From assembly GCF_963921235.1 (NCBI RefSeq), contig NC_086107.1, forward strand, positions 99,822,001 through 99,886,000: DNA of 64,000 bases, in the 5' to 3' direction. The notes under the pieces are model-generated. The model was not told where the DNA came from and searched no databases. It saw only the letters and a list, made by a program, of their open reading frames with translations. Position numbers and translations under genes: made by a program. Source of the DNA: Mobula hypostoma. Its lineage: Eukaryota. Below are positions 12,171-48,540 of the stretch, in pieces (within the stretch, counting starts at the first letter, position 1; each line of letters starts with the position of its first letter).

Positions 12171-14291
12171 CATAGAAACATAGAAAATAGGTGCAGGAAT
12201 AGGCCATTCGGCCCTTCGAGCCTGCACCGCCATTTATTATGATCATGGCTGATCATCCAACTCAGAACCCCGCCCCAGCCTTCCCTCCATAACCCCTGAC
12301 CCCCGTAGCCACAAGGGCCACATCTAACTCCCTCTTAAATATAGCCAATGAACTGGCCTCAACTGTTTCCTGTGGCAGAGAATTCCACAGATTCACCACT
12401 CTGTGTGTGAAGAAGTTTTTCCTAATCTCGGTCCTAAAAGGCTTCCCCTCTATCCTCAAACTGTGGCCCCTCGTTCTGGACTTCCCCAACATCAGGAACA
12501 ATCTTTCTGCATCTAGCCTGTCCAATCCCTTTAGGATTTTATATGTTTCAATCAGATCCCCCCTCAATCTTCTAAATTCCAACGAGTACAAGCCCAGTTC
12601 ATCCAGTCTTTCTTCATATGAAAGTCCTGCCATCCCAGGAATCAATCTGGTGAACCTTCTTTGTACTCCCTCTATGGCAAGGATGTCTTTCCTCAGATTA
12701 GGGGACCAAAACTGCACACAATACTCCAGGTGTGGTCTCACCAAGGCCTTGTATAACTGCAGTAGTACCTCCCTGCTCCTGTACTCGAATCCTCTCGCTA
12801 TAAATGCCAGCATACCATTTGCCTTTTTCACCACCTGCTGTACCTGCATGCCCACTTTCAATGACTGGTGTATAATGACACCCAGGTCTCGTTGCACCTC
12901 CCCTTCTCCTAATCAGCCACCATTCAGATAATAATCTGTTTTCCTATTTTTGCCACCAAAGTGGATAACTTCACATTTATCCACATTAAATTGCATCTGC
13001 CATGAATTTGCCCACTCACCCAACCTATCCAAGTCACCCTGCATCCTCTTAGCATCCTCCTCACAGCTAACACTGCCACCCAGCTTCGTGTCATCCGCAA
13101 ACTTGGAGATGCTGCATTTAATTCCCTCATCCAAGTCATTAATATATATTGTAAACAACTGGGGTCCCAGCACTGAGCCTTGCGGTACCCCACTAGTCAC
13201 CGCCTGCCATTCTGAAAAGGTCCTGTTTATTCCCACTCTTTGCTTCCTGTCTGCTAACCAATTCTCCATCCACACCAATACCTTACCCCCAATACCGTGT
13301 GCTTTAAGTTTGCACACTAATCTCCTGTGTGGGACCTTGTCAAAAGCCTTTTGAAAATCCAAATATACCACATCCACCGGTTCTCCCCTATCCACTCTAC
13401 TAGTTACATCCTCAAAAAATTCTATGAGATTCGTCAGACATGATTTTCCTTTCACAAATCCATGCTGACTTTGCCCGATGATTTCACCGCTTTCCAAATG
13501 TGCTGTTATCACATCCTTGATAACTGACTCCAGCAGTTTCCCCACCACCGACGTTAGGCTAACCGGTCTATAATTCCCCGGTTTCTCTCTCCCTCCTTTT
13601 TTAAAAAGTGGAGTTACATTAGCCACCCTCCAATCCTCAGGAACTAGTCCAGAATCTAACGAGTTTTGAAAAATTATCACTAATGCATCCACTATTTCTT
13701 GGGCTACTTCCTTAAGCACTCTAGGATGCAGACCATCTGGCCCTGGGGATTTATCTGCCTTCAATCCCTTCAATTTACCTAACACCACTTCCCTACTAAC
13801 ACGTATTTCGCTCAGTTCCTCCATCTCACTGGACCCTCTGTCCCCTACTATTTCTGGAAGATTATTTATGTCCTCCTTAGTGAAGACAGAACCAAAGTAA
13901 TTATTCAATTGGTCTGCCATGTCCTTGCTCCCCATAATCAATTCACCTGTTTCTGTCTGCAGGGGACCTACATTTGTCTTTACCAGTCTTTTCCTTTTTA
14001 CATATCTATAAAAGCTTTTACAGTCTGTTTTTATGTTCCCTGCCGGTTTTCTCTCATAATCTTTTTTCCCCTTCCTAATTAAGCCCTTTGTTCTCCTCTG
14101 CTGAACTCTGAATTTCTCCCAGTCCTCAGGCGAGCCACTTTCTCTGGCTAATTTGTATGCTTCTTCTTTGGAATTGATACTATCCCTAATTTCTCATGTC
14201 AGCCACGGGTGCACTACCTTCCTTGATTTATTCTTTTGCCAAACTGGGATGAACAATTGTTGTAGTTCATCCATGCAACCTTTAAATGCTT
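12171..14291 (-). mobile_element. Young 5'-truncated CR1 LINE (ORF2 RT domain) nested in a Penelope-like terminus
   Basis: One reading frame with KSPGPDGLHP, YRPVSLTS, YLDFQKAFDKVPH, GVPQGSVLGP, FADD and LVRPHLEYCVQFW. Only two in-frame TGA stops (12913-12915, 14194-14196). (TTTCTATG)-like 3' tail at 12171-12186. Confidence 0.95.
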
Positions 14292-14520
14292 GCCCATCAC
14301 CTCCCTGCTTCCCCTCCCCCACCCCTTTATCTTTCCCCTTACTGGTTTTCCACCTGGAACCTACCAGCCTTCTCCTTCCCACCCTCCCCCCACCTTCTTT
14401 ATAGGGCCTCTGCTCCTTCCCTCTACAGTCCTGACGAAAGGTTCCGGCCCAAAACGTTGACTGATCGTTTCCACGGATGCTGCCCGACCTGCTGAGTTCC
14501 TCCAGCATGTTGTGAGTGTT
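14292..14520 (+). mobile_element. Penelope-like element terminus (continues the fragment at about 12000-12170), with hammerhead-like motif
   Basis: Pyrimidine-rich PLE UTR on both sides of the CR1. CAGTC-CTGACGA...AAAACGTT-GACTG at 14426-14463. Terminal GATGCTGCCCGACCTGCTGAGTTCCTCCAGC. Confidence 0.75.
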
Positions 14521-14756
14521 GCAGATAATGTGAACATCTCTTCCCAGGGCAGTGCATCCATTTGGTGCCACATCTGAACGTTATATGAAACCTCCATTCC
14601 ACAAACATAACTTTTAACAATTGTCGCCGTTTTGACTGAAATACCATTTTCAACAAGGCCTGCACAGGGATAACTCCCCAAAACCCATTTTGTCTGCAGC
14701 CTAAGAAACCACTGGGCTATTAAAACAAATTGTCAACTTATCTTTCTCTGAATGCT

Positions 14757-14766
14757 TTTATTTATT
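14757..14766 (-). terminator. Overlapping AATAAA poly(A) signals of the unrecognised three-exon gene
   Basis: TTTATT on the + strand at 14757-14762 and 14761-14766, about 35 nt past the TAG stop at 14801-14799. Confidence 0.65.
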
Positions 14767-14798
14767 ATTTATAAGAATCTTGGAGGTGTGACAAAAGG

Positions 14799-14970
14799 CT
14801 AATCGAGCAGAGAGCCTGGGCTGGAGGTTTCCTGTGTAAAACTCTGCATCGGGTTATTCTTCAGCTCCTCATTCAGTCGCTTCTCTTCCTCAATGAGGAG
14901 TCTCCAGATCTTCTTCAGATCGTCCAGTGCTTGGAGGTTTTTGGCCAGCTCTCCCTCCTGAATTATGATC
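14799..14970 (-). CDS. Unrecognised gene, last coding exon (coiled-coil-like)
   Basis: Acceptor TTTATTGCAG|G, phase 2. Reads (R)IIIQEGELAKNLQALDDLKKIWRLLIEEEKRLNEELKNNPMQSFTQETSSPGSLLD*. Confidence 0.75.
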
Positions 14971-15204
14971 CTGCAATAAACAGCAGTCCCTGATAGTCTT
15001 GGCTGTAAAAGCAGCCACTCTCCTCTCCCCAATCACACCAGTAAAGCCCCCAAAACACTCCCCAATGTCCCTCCATGGAAATGCAGCATTAGGACCAGTG
15101 GGGATTGATTGACCAGGTCAAGTTTACATCAGCAGAGGGATATTCAGCCAAACCCAATTTACTCCTACTCTCAGCCATCCATATACATCCTAGTCTGGGA
15201 CATA

Positions 15205-15510
15205 AAGTAAAGGCATCCGTTAGTCTTGCAAGACCATGAATCTGCGCCCAGAAAGTCTTCGCTCTCCAGGGCACAGGCCTGGGCAAGGTTGTTTGGAAAA
15301 CCAGCAGTTGCAAGTCTCCCCTCTCCACAACACCAATGTTGTCCAAGGGAAGGGCATCAGGACCCATACAGCTTGGCACCAGTGTCGTCGCAGAGCAATG
15401 TGTGATTAAGTGTCTTGCTCAAGGACACAACACATTCCCCCGGCTGGGGTTTGAACTCACGACCTTCAGGTAGCTAGTCCAATGCCTTAACCACTTGGCC
15501 ACGTGCCCAC
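15205..15510 (-). mobile_element. tRNA-derived SINE
   Basis: Minus strand has an A box TGGCCAAGTGG and a B box GTTCAAACC, then GTGTTGTGTCCTTGAGCAAG. Same family as 55563-55842. Confidence 0.75.
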
Positions 15511-15599
15511 TCACACTCAGAGGTCAACATACACAGCTATTAACAGCATATGGGTAGGAATCAGAATAGTGTTTAATCTGATTGTGTCTCTATTATCAC

Positions 15600-16105
15600 A
15601 ATGAGTCCACACTCAGGTTGGAGGAACACCACCTTATATTCTGTCTGGGTAGCCTCAAACCCGATGGCATGAACATCGATTTCTCAAATTTCTGGTAAAT
15701 CCCCCCTCCCCCACTTTACCATTCCCATTCCCCTTTCCCTCTCTCACCTTATCTCCTTGCCTGTCCATTGTCTCCCTCTGGTGCTCCTCCTCCACTTTTC
15801 CTTCTGCCATGGCCTTCAGTTCTCTCCTAACAGATTCCCCCTTCTCCAGCCCTGTATCTCTCTCACCAATCAACTTCCCAGCTCTTTACTTCACCCTTCC
15901 TCCTCCCATGGTTTCACCTGTCACCTACCACCTTGTGCTTCTTCCTCCCCTCCCCCCACCTTCTTGCTCTGACCTCTCATCTTTTTCTCCCCCAGTCCTG
16001 ATGAAGGGTCTCGGCCCGAAATGCCAACCATTTTACCCTTTTCCATCAACGCTGCCCGGCCTGCTGAGTTCCTCCAGCATTGTGTGTGTGTGTGTGTGTG
16101 TGTGT
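15600..16105 (+). mobile_element. Penelope-like element 3' fragment ending in (TG)n
   Basis: Encodes the LEEHHLIFCLGSLKPDGMNIDF end. Hammerhead core CTGATGA...GAAA at 15998-16021. Confidence 0.8.
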
Positions 16106-16396
16106 TGCTTAGGTATAACATGAGCCTGGGTCAAGGGTTAAGGACAAGAGCCTTGGGTCATTGCGAGAGGACTCAGACAGCCCCAGCTCATCCTGGGTTT
16201 CACTGACCCCCACACACAGCTGGGAGTGCTTTGTCTTTGCCCACCAGCTGGATGTGAGGGTCTCCGCTCCTGTATCCTGCTGTGGCAGTAGGTGACAGGG
16301 GGTGGAGTGGGGTGGTGGTTTGTGATGAATGCCTCACCACAACAGCAAGGATGATCGCTTTATAACTGCCCCAGCAGCGAGCCAGACACTGTGTAC

Positions 16397-16564
16397 CTCT
16401 GTTTGTCTGCAGATTGGTTGGCCCACTCCAGCACGTCGAGGAGATGATTGCGGTACTTCCTGAGGGTCATGGCGGCCGCTAGATCCTGCCTCAGGCGGGT
16501 GCTTGGGTCCCAGTTAAGTGGCAGCATCTGATTCTGCAGGCTCTGATAGTAGCTATACCTTTTC
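16397..16564 (-). CDS. Unrecognised gene, middle coding exon
   Basis: Acceptor TGTGTTTAG|G, donor AG|GTACAC, 168 nt, phase 2-2. Reads (R)KRYSYYQSLQNQMLPLNWDPSTRLRQDLAAAMTLRKYRNHLLDVLEWANQSADKQ. Confidence 0.75.
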
Positions 16565-17412
16565 CTAAACACAGAGCGGAGGGCTGAGCGGTGGGTGGCA
16601 CAGAGGACAGTGAGGAAGGAGGGGGTTGGATTGGGGAGGAGAGGAGCTACAGAGGAGTGGGGACAGCAGGAGGGGCGAAGGGCTTGGGGAAGAGGGGGTG
16701 GTAGATATCCTCATAACATTTTGGCTCTAATCCAAGCACCTCCAGCATCCCACCCACTCTCCCTAATACAACACTGGCCTTATAGCATCACCTGGCCCTT
16801 CTCCAACGTCACCCCACTATCTTACCAACAGCCCATCAACATCCCCCTGCTCTTAGGAGCAGAATTAGGCCATTCAGTCCATCGAGTATGCATGACCATT
16901 CAATCATGGCTGATTTATTTTTCCTTATCTTTCCATTCACCCTGTGACTCTTTGATACCCTTTTCCATTTCTCTGTAACCGGCTCAGTCAACAATCCTCC
17001 CCAGTAACTCTTCTCTATTTCTCGCCTCACTGAGCTATCCCTCGACCCTTATAAGGCCCCAGTTCCACCTTGTGATTAATCTCCCTCCCTCTTCCCCCGA
17101 CCAAGCTTATAGTAATCTCCCAATATCTCTTTGTGTTGCTGCCATTTTTCAGTTGGCATTTTTGACTACGTTAAAAAATGACTTTTTTTAAAGTTCCTCT
17201 CAGTTAGAGGGAAAGAGAGCAAACTTCCTACCAACAGTGGGGTTATAAAAAGAAGCCAGCTTGTTTTGGTGCTACGGGTTGAGGGTCTGGGACTCCCGGC
17301 CTTCTCACAAGTAGCATTGCAGGACCTTTGCGTGAAAGAAGGCACCTCTGCCTTGGTCTGGGCAATCGGCTCTTTGACCCATAAAACCTCGCCCTGCCCT
17401 TTTGTCCGTTAC

Positions 17413-17699
17413 CTGTTCATCTCCAGGACTCCCAGCGGCATTTTCAGATCCAGTTGTGCTATGGCTTCAAACTCTGCCATCCATTCGTTGAGCCAGTTGG
17501 TTGCCCAGCCCCAGTAAGCCACCAGTGTCCTGAAGCACAGCACCCTCCCCAGGAAGGCCGACAAGCTGCAGCCACACTTCAACAGCAGCCGGACAGAGGG
17601 AATGGCCCTCAGCCTCTCACAGCTCCTGACAGTCCACGAATAAAACGCCTCCTCCACTGCCAGGCCTAGCTGGTCGATCTTCTGAAGCTGCTCCAGCAT
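17413..17699 (-). CDS. Unrecognised gene, first identifiable coding exon
   Basis: ATG at 17699 (AAGATGC), donor AG|GTAACG, phase 2. Reads MLEQLQKIDQLGLAVEEAF...LDLKMPLGVLEMN. The frame stays open upstream to about 17865, so the start is uncertain. Confidence 0.7.
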
Positions 17700-18904
17700 C
17701 TTGCCCCATCCCACCACGCCGGGGGCAGCCTCTGCTCTGGTTCCACCGAGTCCCGCCTGCCCCCTTCCCCTTGTGCCCACACTCAGCCGCTGTACACACC
17801 ACCCAAAGGTGCCAACAGGAGCCAGCTGGCACTTACAGCTGCCTTCATCCAAGTCAGTACACACTGTTTGCTTTCAAAACAGAAGATTCTAGAATGGAAT
17901 GGTACAAATATAGAAAGCAGAGGTTCTAGAGAAGCAGAGTGGTACTCCAGAACTGAAAGGGGCAGGCTGTGCATGGGCACCTGGCAATTCTTCCAAGGGC
18001 TGCAACAACAGCAGGAGATAGAGGGTTCAATACCAGAATGGCCATCACCTGCTTAGTACACATCATAGAAACCTTCATGGACTCTGTCTATGTTTCTTTC
18101 TGCCTCAGTAAAGCAGCCAGCATAATTGAGAAACCAACCAACCTGGACATTCTCTCTTCTCCCATCCAGCAGAAGATACAAACGCCTGAAAGCACGTAAC
18201 ACCAGGATCAAGGACAGATTCTATGCTGCCGTTATCAGACTCTCAATTGAATGGATCTCTTGTACAATAAGATGGGCTCTCGACCTCACAATCAACCTCG
18301 TTATAATCTTGCGCTTGCTTTACTGCACTGCACTTTCACTGTGGCCTGTACACTTGATTGTTATTGTTTTACCTTCTTCTACCCCACTGCATCGTGATCT
18401 GTATGAACAGTCCACAAGATAAGCTTTTCACTATCTCAGTACATGTAACAATAATAAACCAATGCCAATGTGGAGCAGGAAGGGTTAATGGGAACAGCAC
18501 GTGGGCAAAGAAATATATTTCAGTAGCAGCACAGTACCTCACAAAAGGTACAATTTAATGTCAGAGTAATGTATACAATATACATCTCGAAATGTTTTTT
18601 CTTCCCAACCATCCACGAAAACAGAGTGCCCCAAGAATAGGCAACAGTTAAATGTTAGAACCCCAAGGTCCCCCTCCCGCGCGTAAGCGGCAGTGAGCGA
18701 CAATCCCCCCTCCCCCCACTGGCAAAAAAAAGCTTCTGTACCGCCATCGAGCATTCAGGCGCCAGCAAGGGAACAGCAAAGACACAGACTTGCAGTCACC
18801 CCAAAGACTACAGTGTTCACCCGGCATTCGACATAACACAGGCTCTCTCTCTCTCCCTAATAAGGGAGAGCGAAGTATCTCCATTTTCACGTAGACTAAT
18901 TAAC

Positions 18905-21900
18905 CCTTTCCAGAATACAAAACACAGGAGAATTAGGCGATTGGGTCTGCTCTGCCATTCCATCATTCCTCTCAACTCCATTCTCCTGTCTTCTCCCATA
19001 ACCTTTGACGTCCTGACTAATCAAGAACCTATCAACCTCCACTTGAAATATACTCAATGACTTGGCCCCTACAACAGTCTGTGGCAATGAATTCCTGATT
19101 CATTGCTCTCTGGCTAAAGATATTTCTCATCTCTGTTCTAAATAGACATCACTCTATTCTGAGGCTGTGTCCCTCTGGTCCATGGACTCACCCACTAAAG
19201 GAAACATTCTCTGCAGATCCACTCTATCTTGGCCTTTCAATATTTAACGGGTTTCAATAAGAATCCCTAACACGCCATTCTTCTTAAATTACAGCAAGTA
19301 CAGGCCCAGAGCCATCAAATGCTCTGCATACATTTACCCTATCATTCCCAGAATCTGCTCTGGACCCTCTCCAATGCCAGCAGTTTTCTCAGGTAAACAG
19401 CTCACAATACTCCAAGTGTGGTCTGACCAATGCCTTATCAAGCCTCAGCACTACACCCTTGGTCTTGTATTCTAGCCCTTCGAATTGAATGCTAACATTG
19501 CATTTGCCTCCTTTACCACCGACTCAACCTACAAGTTAACCTTTTAAAGAATCCCGCACGAAGACTCCCAAGTCCTTTTGTACCTTTGATTTTTGAAATT
19601 ACTCCCGATTTAAAAAAATAGTCTACATTTTTATCCCTTCTACCGAAGAACATGACCATTCACTTCCCTACACTATATTCCATCTGCCACATTTTTGCTT
19701 ATTCTCCCAGTCTATCCAAAACCTTCAGCAGACTCCTTACTGCCTGCCCCTCCATCTTTGTGTCATCCACAAAGTCATAAATTCCATCATCCTAATCATT
19801 AAATTTTTTAAATTTATAATTGACATATAACATGAAAAGAAGCGATCCCAATACCAAGCCAGAACACTACTTGTTACCCGCAGTCAACCAGAAAAGACCT
19901 CTTTTACTTCCACGTTGGCTGACTGGCAGGAGACAATCTTCGATTCATGCTAGTATCTTTCCTGTAATACCATGGGCTCTGATCTTTTTAAGCATCCTCA
20001 TGTGCGGCACCTTGTCAAAGGTCTTCTGGAAATCCAAATAAATGACATCCACTGACTCTTCTTTCTCTATCCTGCCTAATATTTCCTCAAAGAATTTCAA
20101 CAGCTTTTCCCCAAGGAAACCATGCTGTAAAAAGCCTCAGCCCAAAATGCCAACTGTTTACTCTTTTCCATCGATGCTGCCTGACCTCCTGAGTTCCTCC
20201 AGCATTTTATGTGTTGCTTAGATTTCCAGCATCTGCAGATTTTCTCATGTTTGTCATGCTAACTTTGACCTATTTTAACATGAGCCTCAAAGTACCCCAA
20301 AACCCCCTCCTTAATAATGGTCCCCAACATCTTCCCAACCACTGAAGTCAGGCTAATTGATATATTATTTCCTTTCTTCTTAAAGATTGGAGTGACAGTT
20401 TCAATTTTCCAATTCTCCAGAATCTAGATTCTTGGAAAATTATTACTAATGCCTCCACAATATTATCAGCTACCTCTTTTAGAACCTTGAGTTGCAGTCC
20501 ATCTGACCTATCTGTCTTCAGACCTTTCAGCTTCCAAGCACCTTCTCCCTAGTAATAGCAACTACTCAGTGTAAACCAGCTCAAAATACTTATAAAGTTT
20601 GTCTGCCATTTCTTTGTGCCCCATTACTACCTCTCCAGTGTCATAATATCCACTTACCTCTCTTTTATACTATGTATCTGGAAAAAATTATGTATCTTTT
20701 AATATTATTGGCAAGCTTACCTTCATATTTCACCTTTTCTCACATGGCTAGTTGCATTCTGTTGATTTTTAAGAAGCTTCCCAATCATCCATCTTCCCAC
20801 TAATTTTTCTATATTATATGCTCTCTTTTGCTTTTATGCTTTGACTTCCCTTGTCAAGCCACTGTTATCTCATCCTCCCTTTAGAATACTTCACGTTTGA
20901 GGTGTATCTATCCTGCGCCTTCTGAATTGACCCCAGAAACTTCAGCCATTGATGTTCTGCCATCATCCCTAATAGTGTCCCCTTCAAATCAACTTTGGCC
21001 AGCTTCTCTTTCATGCCTCTGTAATTCCTTTACATCACTTTAATACATTAGCTTCCCTCTCTCAAACTGCACAGTAAATCCTATCTATTGCATCCTTAAG
21101 GGTTCCTTTACCTTAAGCTCCCTAATCAAATATAGTTCATTACACTACATCAAATCCAGAATTGCCTTTCCCCTAGTGGGCTCAACCACAAACTGCTCTA
21201 AAAAGTTGTATAATAGGCCTTCTACAAGTTCTCTTTTGAGATCCAGCACCAATCTAATTTGCCAGATCTACCTGCATATTGGAATCTCTCGTGACTCATA
21301 ATATTACCTCTTCAATCTCCTGTTGTAATTTATAGCCTACATCCTGGTTAATGTTCAGAATATACAACTTCCATCGGTTTTCTTACCCTTGCAGTTTCTT
21401 AACTCTTACCCACAGGAATTCTACACCTTCCGTTCTTATGTCACCACTTCCTAAGGATTTGATGTTAAGCTATCAGTTATGATCTTTCAGCCACAACTCA
21501 GAGATGCCCACATCGTACCTGCCGGTCTCTAACTACGCTACAAGACCATCTACTTTATTCCAGATACTGCACGCGTTCAAATACAGCACCTCCAGTCCTG
21601 TATTCATCACCGTTTTCTATTTTGCCCCAATGCCCATCCTTCCTTACAGTCTCACTACACAATGCATTGATTTGTATATAAACTGCCCTCTCTCTGGTTC
21701 CCGCCCCACTGCACAAGTTAGTTTAAGCCTTCCCCAACATCGTGAGCAAAACTGCCCACAAAGATATGGGTCCTCCTCCGGTTCAGGTGTAACCCGTCCT
21801 TTTTTGTACAGGTCACATCTCCCCCAGAGGAGATCCCAATGATCCAGAAATCTGAAACCTTGCCCCCCTGCACCAGTTCCTCAGCTACTCCTTCACCTGT

Positions 21901-22300
21901 GCTATCATTCTGTTCCTGCCCTGACTAGCACACAGTACTGAGAGTAACCCAGGACTACTACCTTCACATTCCTGTACTTCAACCTCTTCTCTATCCCCTT
22001 GTACTCACTGCACAGAACCTTTTCCCCCTTTCCGTCCACGTCACCGGTGTCAATGTGCACCACAAACTCTGGCTACTCACCCTCCCTCTTGAGAACATTC
22101 TGCAGCCATTCTTGATCCTATCATCTAGGAGGGAACACATCATCCCGGTCTCTTTCCCAGCCACAGAACCTCCTTTCCCTAGCGTTCTACCTGACCTTAC
22201 CCTTCCCTGTTGAGCCTCACAGCCCTGACAGGTCACCCCTCTCCCCAGCAGTATCCACTGATGGGAAGCCTACACCAACTGATTACTCCCCTCACTACTC
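18905..22300 (-). mobile_element. Old, long degenerate CR1 LINE (RT back to an ORF1 esterase-like remnant)
   Basis: Continuous similarity to the 12.2-14.3 kb CR1 (for example CACCTTGTCAAAGGTCTTCTGGAAATCCAAATA), with many indels. 21990-22150 resembles the CR1 ORF1 SGNH region. A small PLE fragment lies at about 20130-20255. Confidence 0.7.
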
Positions 22301-22699
22301 CTGGTGGTCACTCATCTACTATCTGAAGCTTGCACCCTTCCCACACACCAGCAGACACTCACAATCACGAGCTGCGATGCCTCGGAAGAAAATGGAAGTC
22401 AGTGTGACGAATCTGAAGGGATCTGGGTGCAGCGACAGTCCAGGGGAAGGGAGGGCATCAATGGGAGCGGGGAATATATACCCATGATGGGTCGTCGATT
22501 TGCTACTGCTTATGCGTGGGAGGGGGGCTTTGGGGTTCTAACATTTAACTGTCATTTATTCATTCGGGCACTCAGTTTTCGTGGATGTTTGCGAAGAAAA
22601 AGAATTTCAGGATGTATATTGTATACATTTGTCTGACATGAAATGTACCCATTGAAACCTATTGAGAACATAGGAACACAATTCATTCTGACAAGCAAC

Positions 22700-22818
22700 T
22701 TTATTGGGGAATAACAAAAGCAGTTGTGTTGTGTAACAAACTTCTTTCTTTATCAAAATCAAGGTAGGTAAAAATACAGCCCGGATGAAGTGTGTTCAGA
22801 GCTGGGACATGGTTTATT
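22700..22818 (-). terminator. MCM5 candidate poly(A) signals
   Basis: AATAAA on the minus strand at 22813-22818 and 22700-22705, downstream of the stop at 22954. Confidence 0.6.
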
Positions 22819-22953
22819 GTCCGGTTTGACTCCCAGTGACCTGGCTGGGATGGGAGACCGGAAAGACAAGGGGTGAGCACCATCAGACAGGGGCACCCAT
22901 ATCTGCCACTCATGCAGGAGTCACCTCCTCTTTCTTGGGCCGGGCAGCAGCCA

Positions 22954-47439
<24,486 letters not shown>

Positions 47440-47499
47440 GGCGGAGCCGGCACCGGAGACAAGCCTGAGGACTGGTAACGGGGAGGGGGAGAGGACACA

Positions 47500-47790
47500 A
47501 CAACCCGACGGCTCTCTCCCGCTTCCGGCTACTCGCTCCGCGCGAACCGGTGCTTCGCGCCAAAACGGAGCAACCGGCTCCACCCACTCGGCTCGGATTG
47601 GCCGCCGGCCTGAGACCGATGAGTTATTGGTCAGTGTCAGCCATGGGCCCGCCCCCTCAGTGAAACCATGGCGCGAAACAGGAGCGGACGTGACGTAGAG
47701 GGAGGTGGGGTTCTGTGGAACAGCGTTTCCCTGGGCGACCAATCGAGACGTTGCTTTGGGTTCCGTCGGCATCCCGGAAGTGGGATTATA
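47500..47790 (-). promoter_or_regulatory. MCM5 CpG-island promoter with E2F, CCAAT, GC-box, CRE-like and ETS motifs
   Basis: TTCGCGCCAAAA at 47554-47565 and GGCGCGAAA at 47670-47678 (E2F). ATTGG at 47597 and 47626, CCAAT at 47739. GCCCGCCCC at 47647-47655, TGACGT at 47691-47696, CCGGAAGT at 47774-47781. Confidence 0.75.
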
Positions 47791-48164
47791 AAGTGAAGTT
47801 CGGTAATTTCCACCGTACTAAGGTTCGGCCCAGCCTGCACAGAGCTTTATTGGAGGGCGACTGCGGGCCATGGTCATCCTGTCACTGGACACCGAGGAGC
47901 TGGGCCCCGTGGACAGGTCTGTCAAATGCCACATGGGGAAATCTGCAGATGCTGGAATTTCAAACAACGCGCATAAAAGTTGCTGGTCGCACATGGGTCG
48001 CAGTTGGTGCTGCCTACACAGAATACTAACACTGCTAATGTGTTGAACCTGTAACTGAACGCAGCAACATTGCAGATGTTGAAATTTAGCCAGGCAGACA
48101 CAAAGAAAAACCCTGCAGATAACTGGTATTTTAGTGTTCCTTATATTTATGAATAAGAAAAGGT

Positions 48165-48540
48165 ACATTGCATCCGGAGTTTCTCCGGTTTGCAGATGAT
48201 TCCCCTCCACGCCTGTCTGACGAGGCAAGTTACAGCAGTGGTTTGCCATTGCCTTCTGCCAGGTGAGTTTCCAAGGAGAACACCAGCTCGACACTCAACT
48301 CAGCACAGATGGAAAGTGTGCAGGGGAGCCGGCTGGATTCGAACTCAGGACCTTTCATAGACATAGACATTGACATACTTTATTGATCCTGAGGGAAATT
48401 GAGTTTTGTTACAGCTGCACCAACCAAGAATAGAGCATAAATATAGAAATACAAAAATGACAAACAATCAAACAGCAAGATGCAAACTACGCATGTTCGT
48501 CCCGAAGTCCGGCACTGATGCCACTACGCCACCAGCCGGG
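48165..48540 (-). mobile_element. tRNA-derived SINE whose head is split by a LINE 3'-tail insertion (about 48356-48495)
   Basis: A box TGGCGTAGTGG near 48520-48532 and B box GTTCGAATCC near 48335-48344 are separated by a fragment ending AATAAAGTATGTC. Confidence 0.6.

Noticed and set aside
12407..13354. Plus-strand ORFs of 174 and 134 aa
   Set aside because: They are antisense shadows of the CR1 ORF2.
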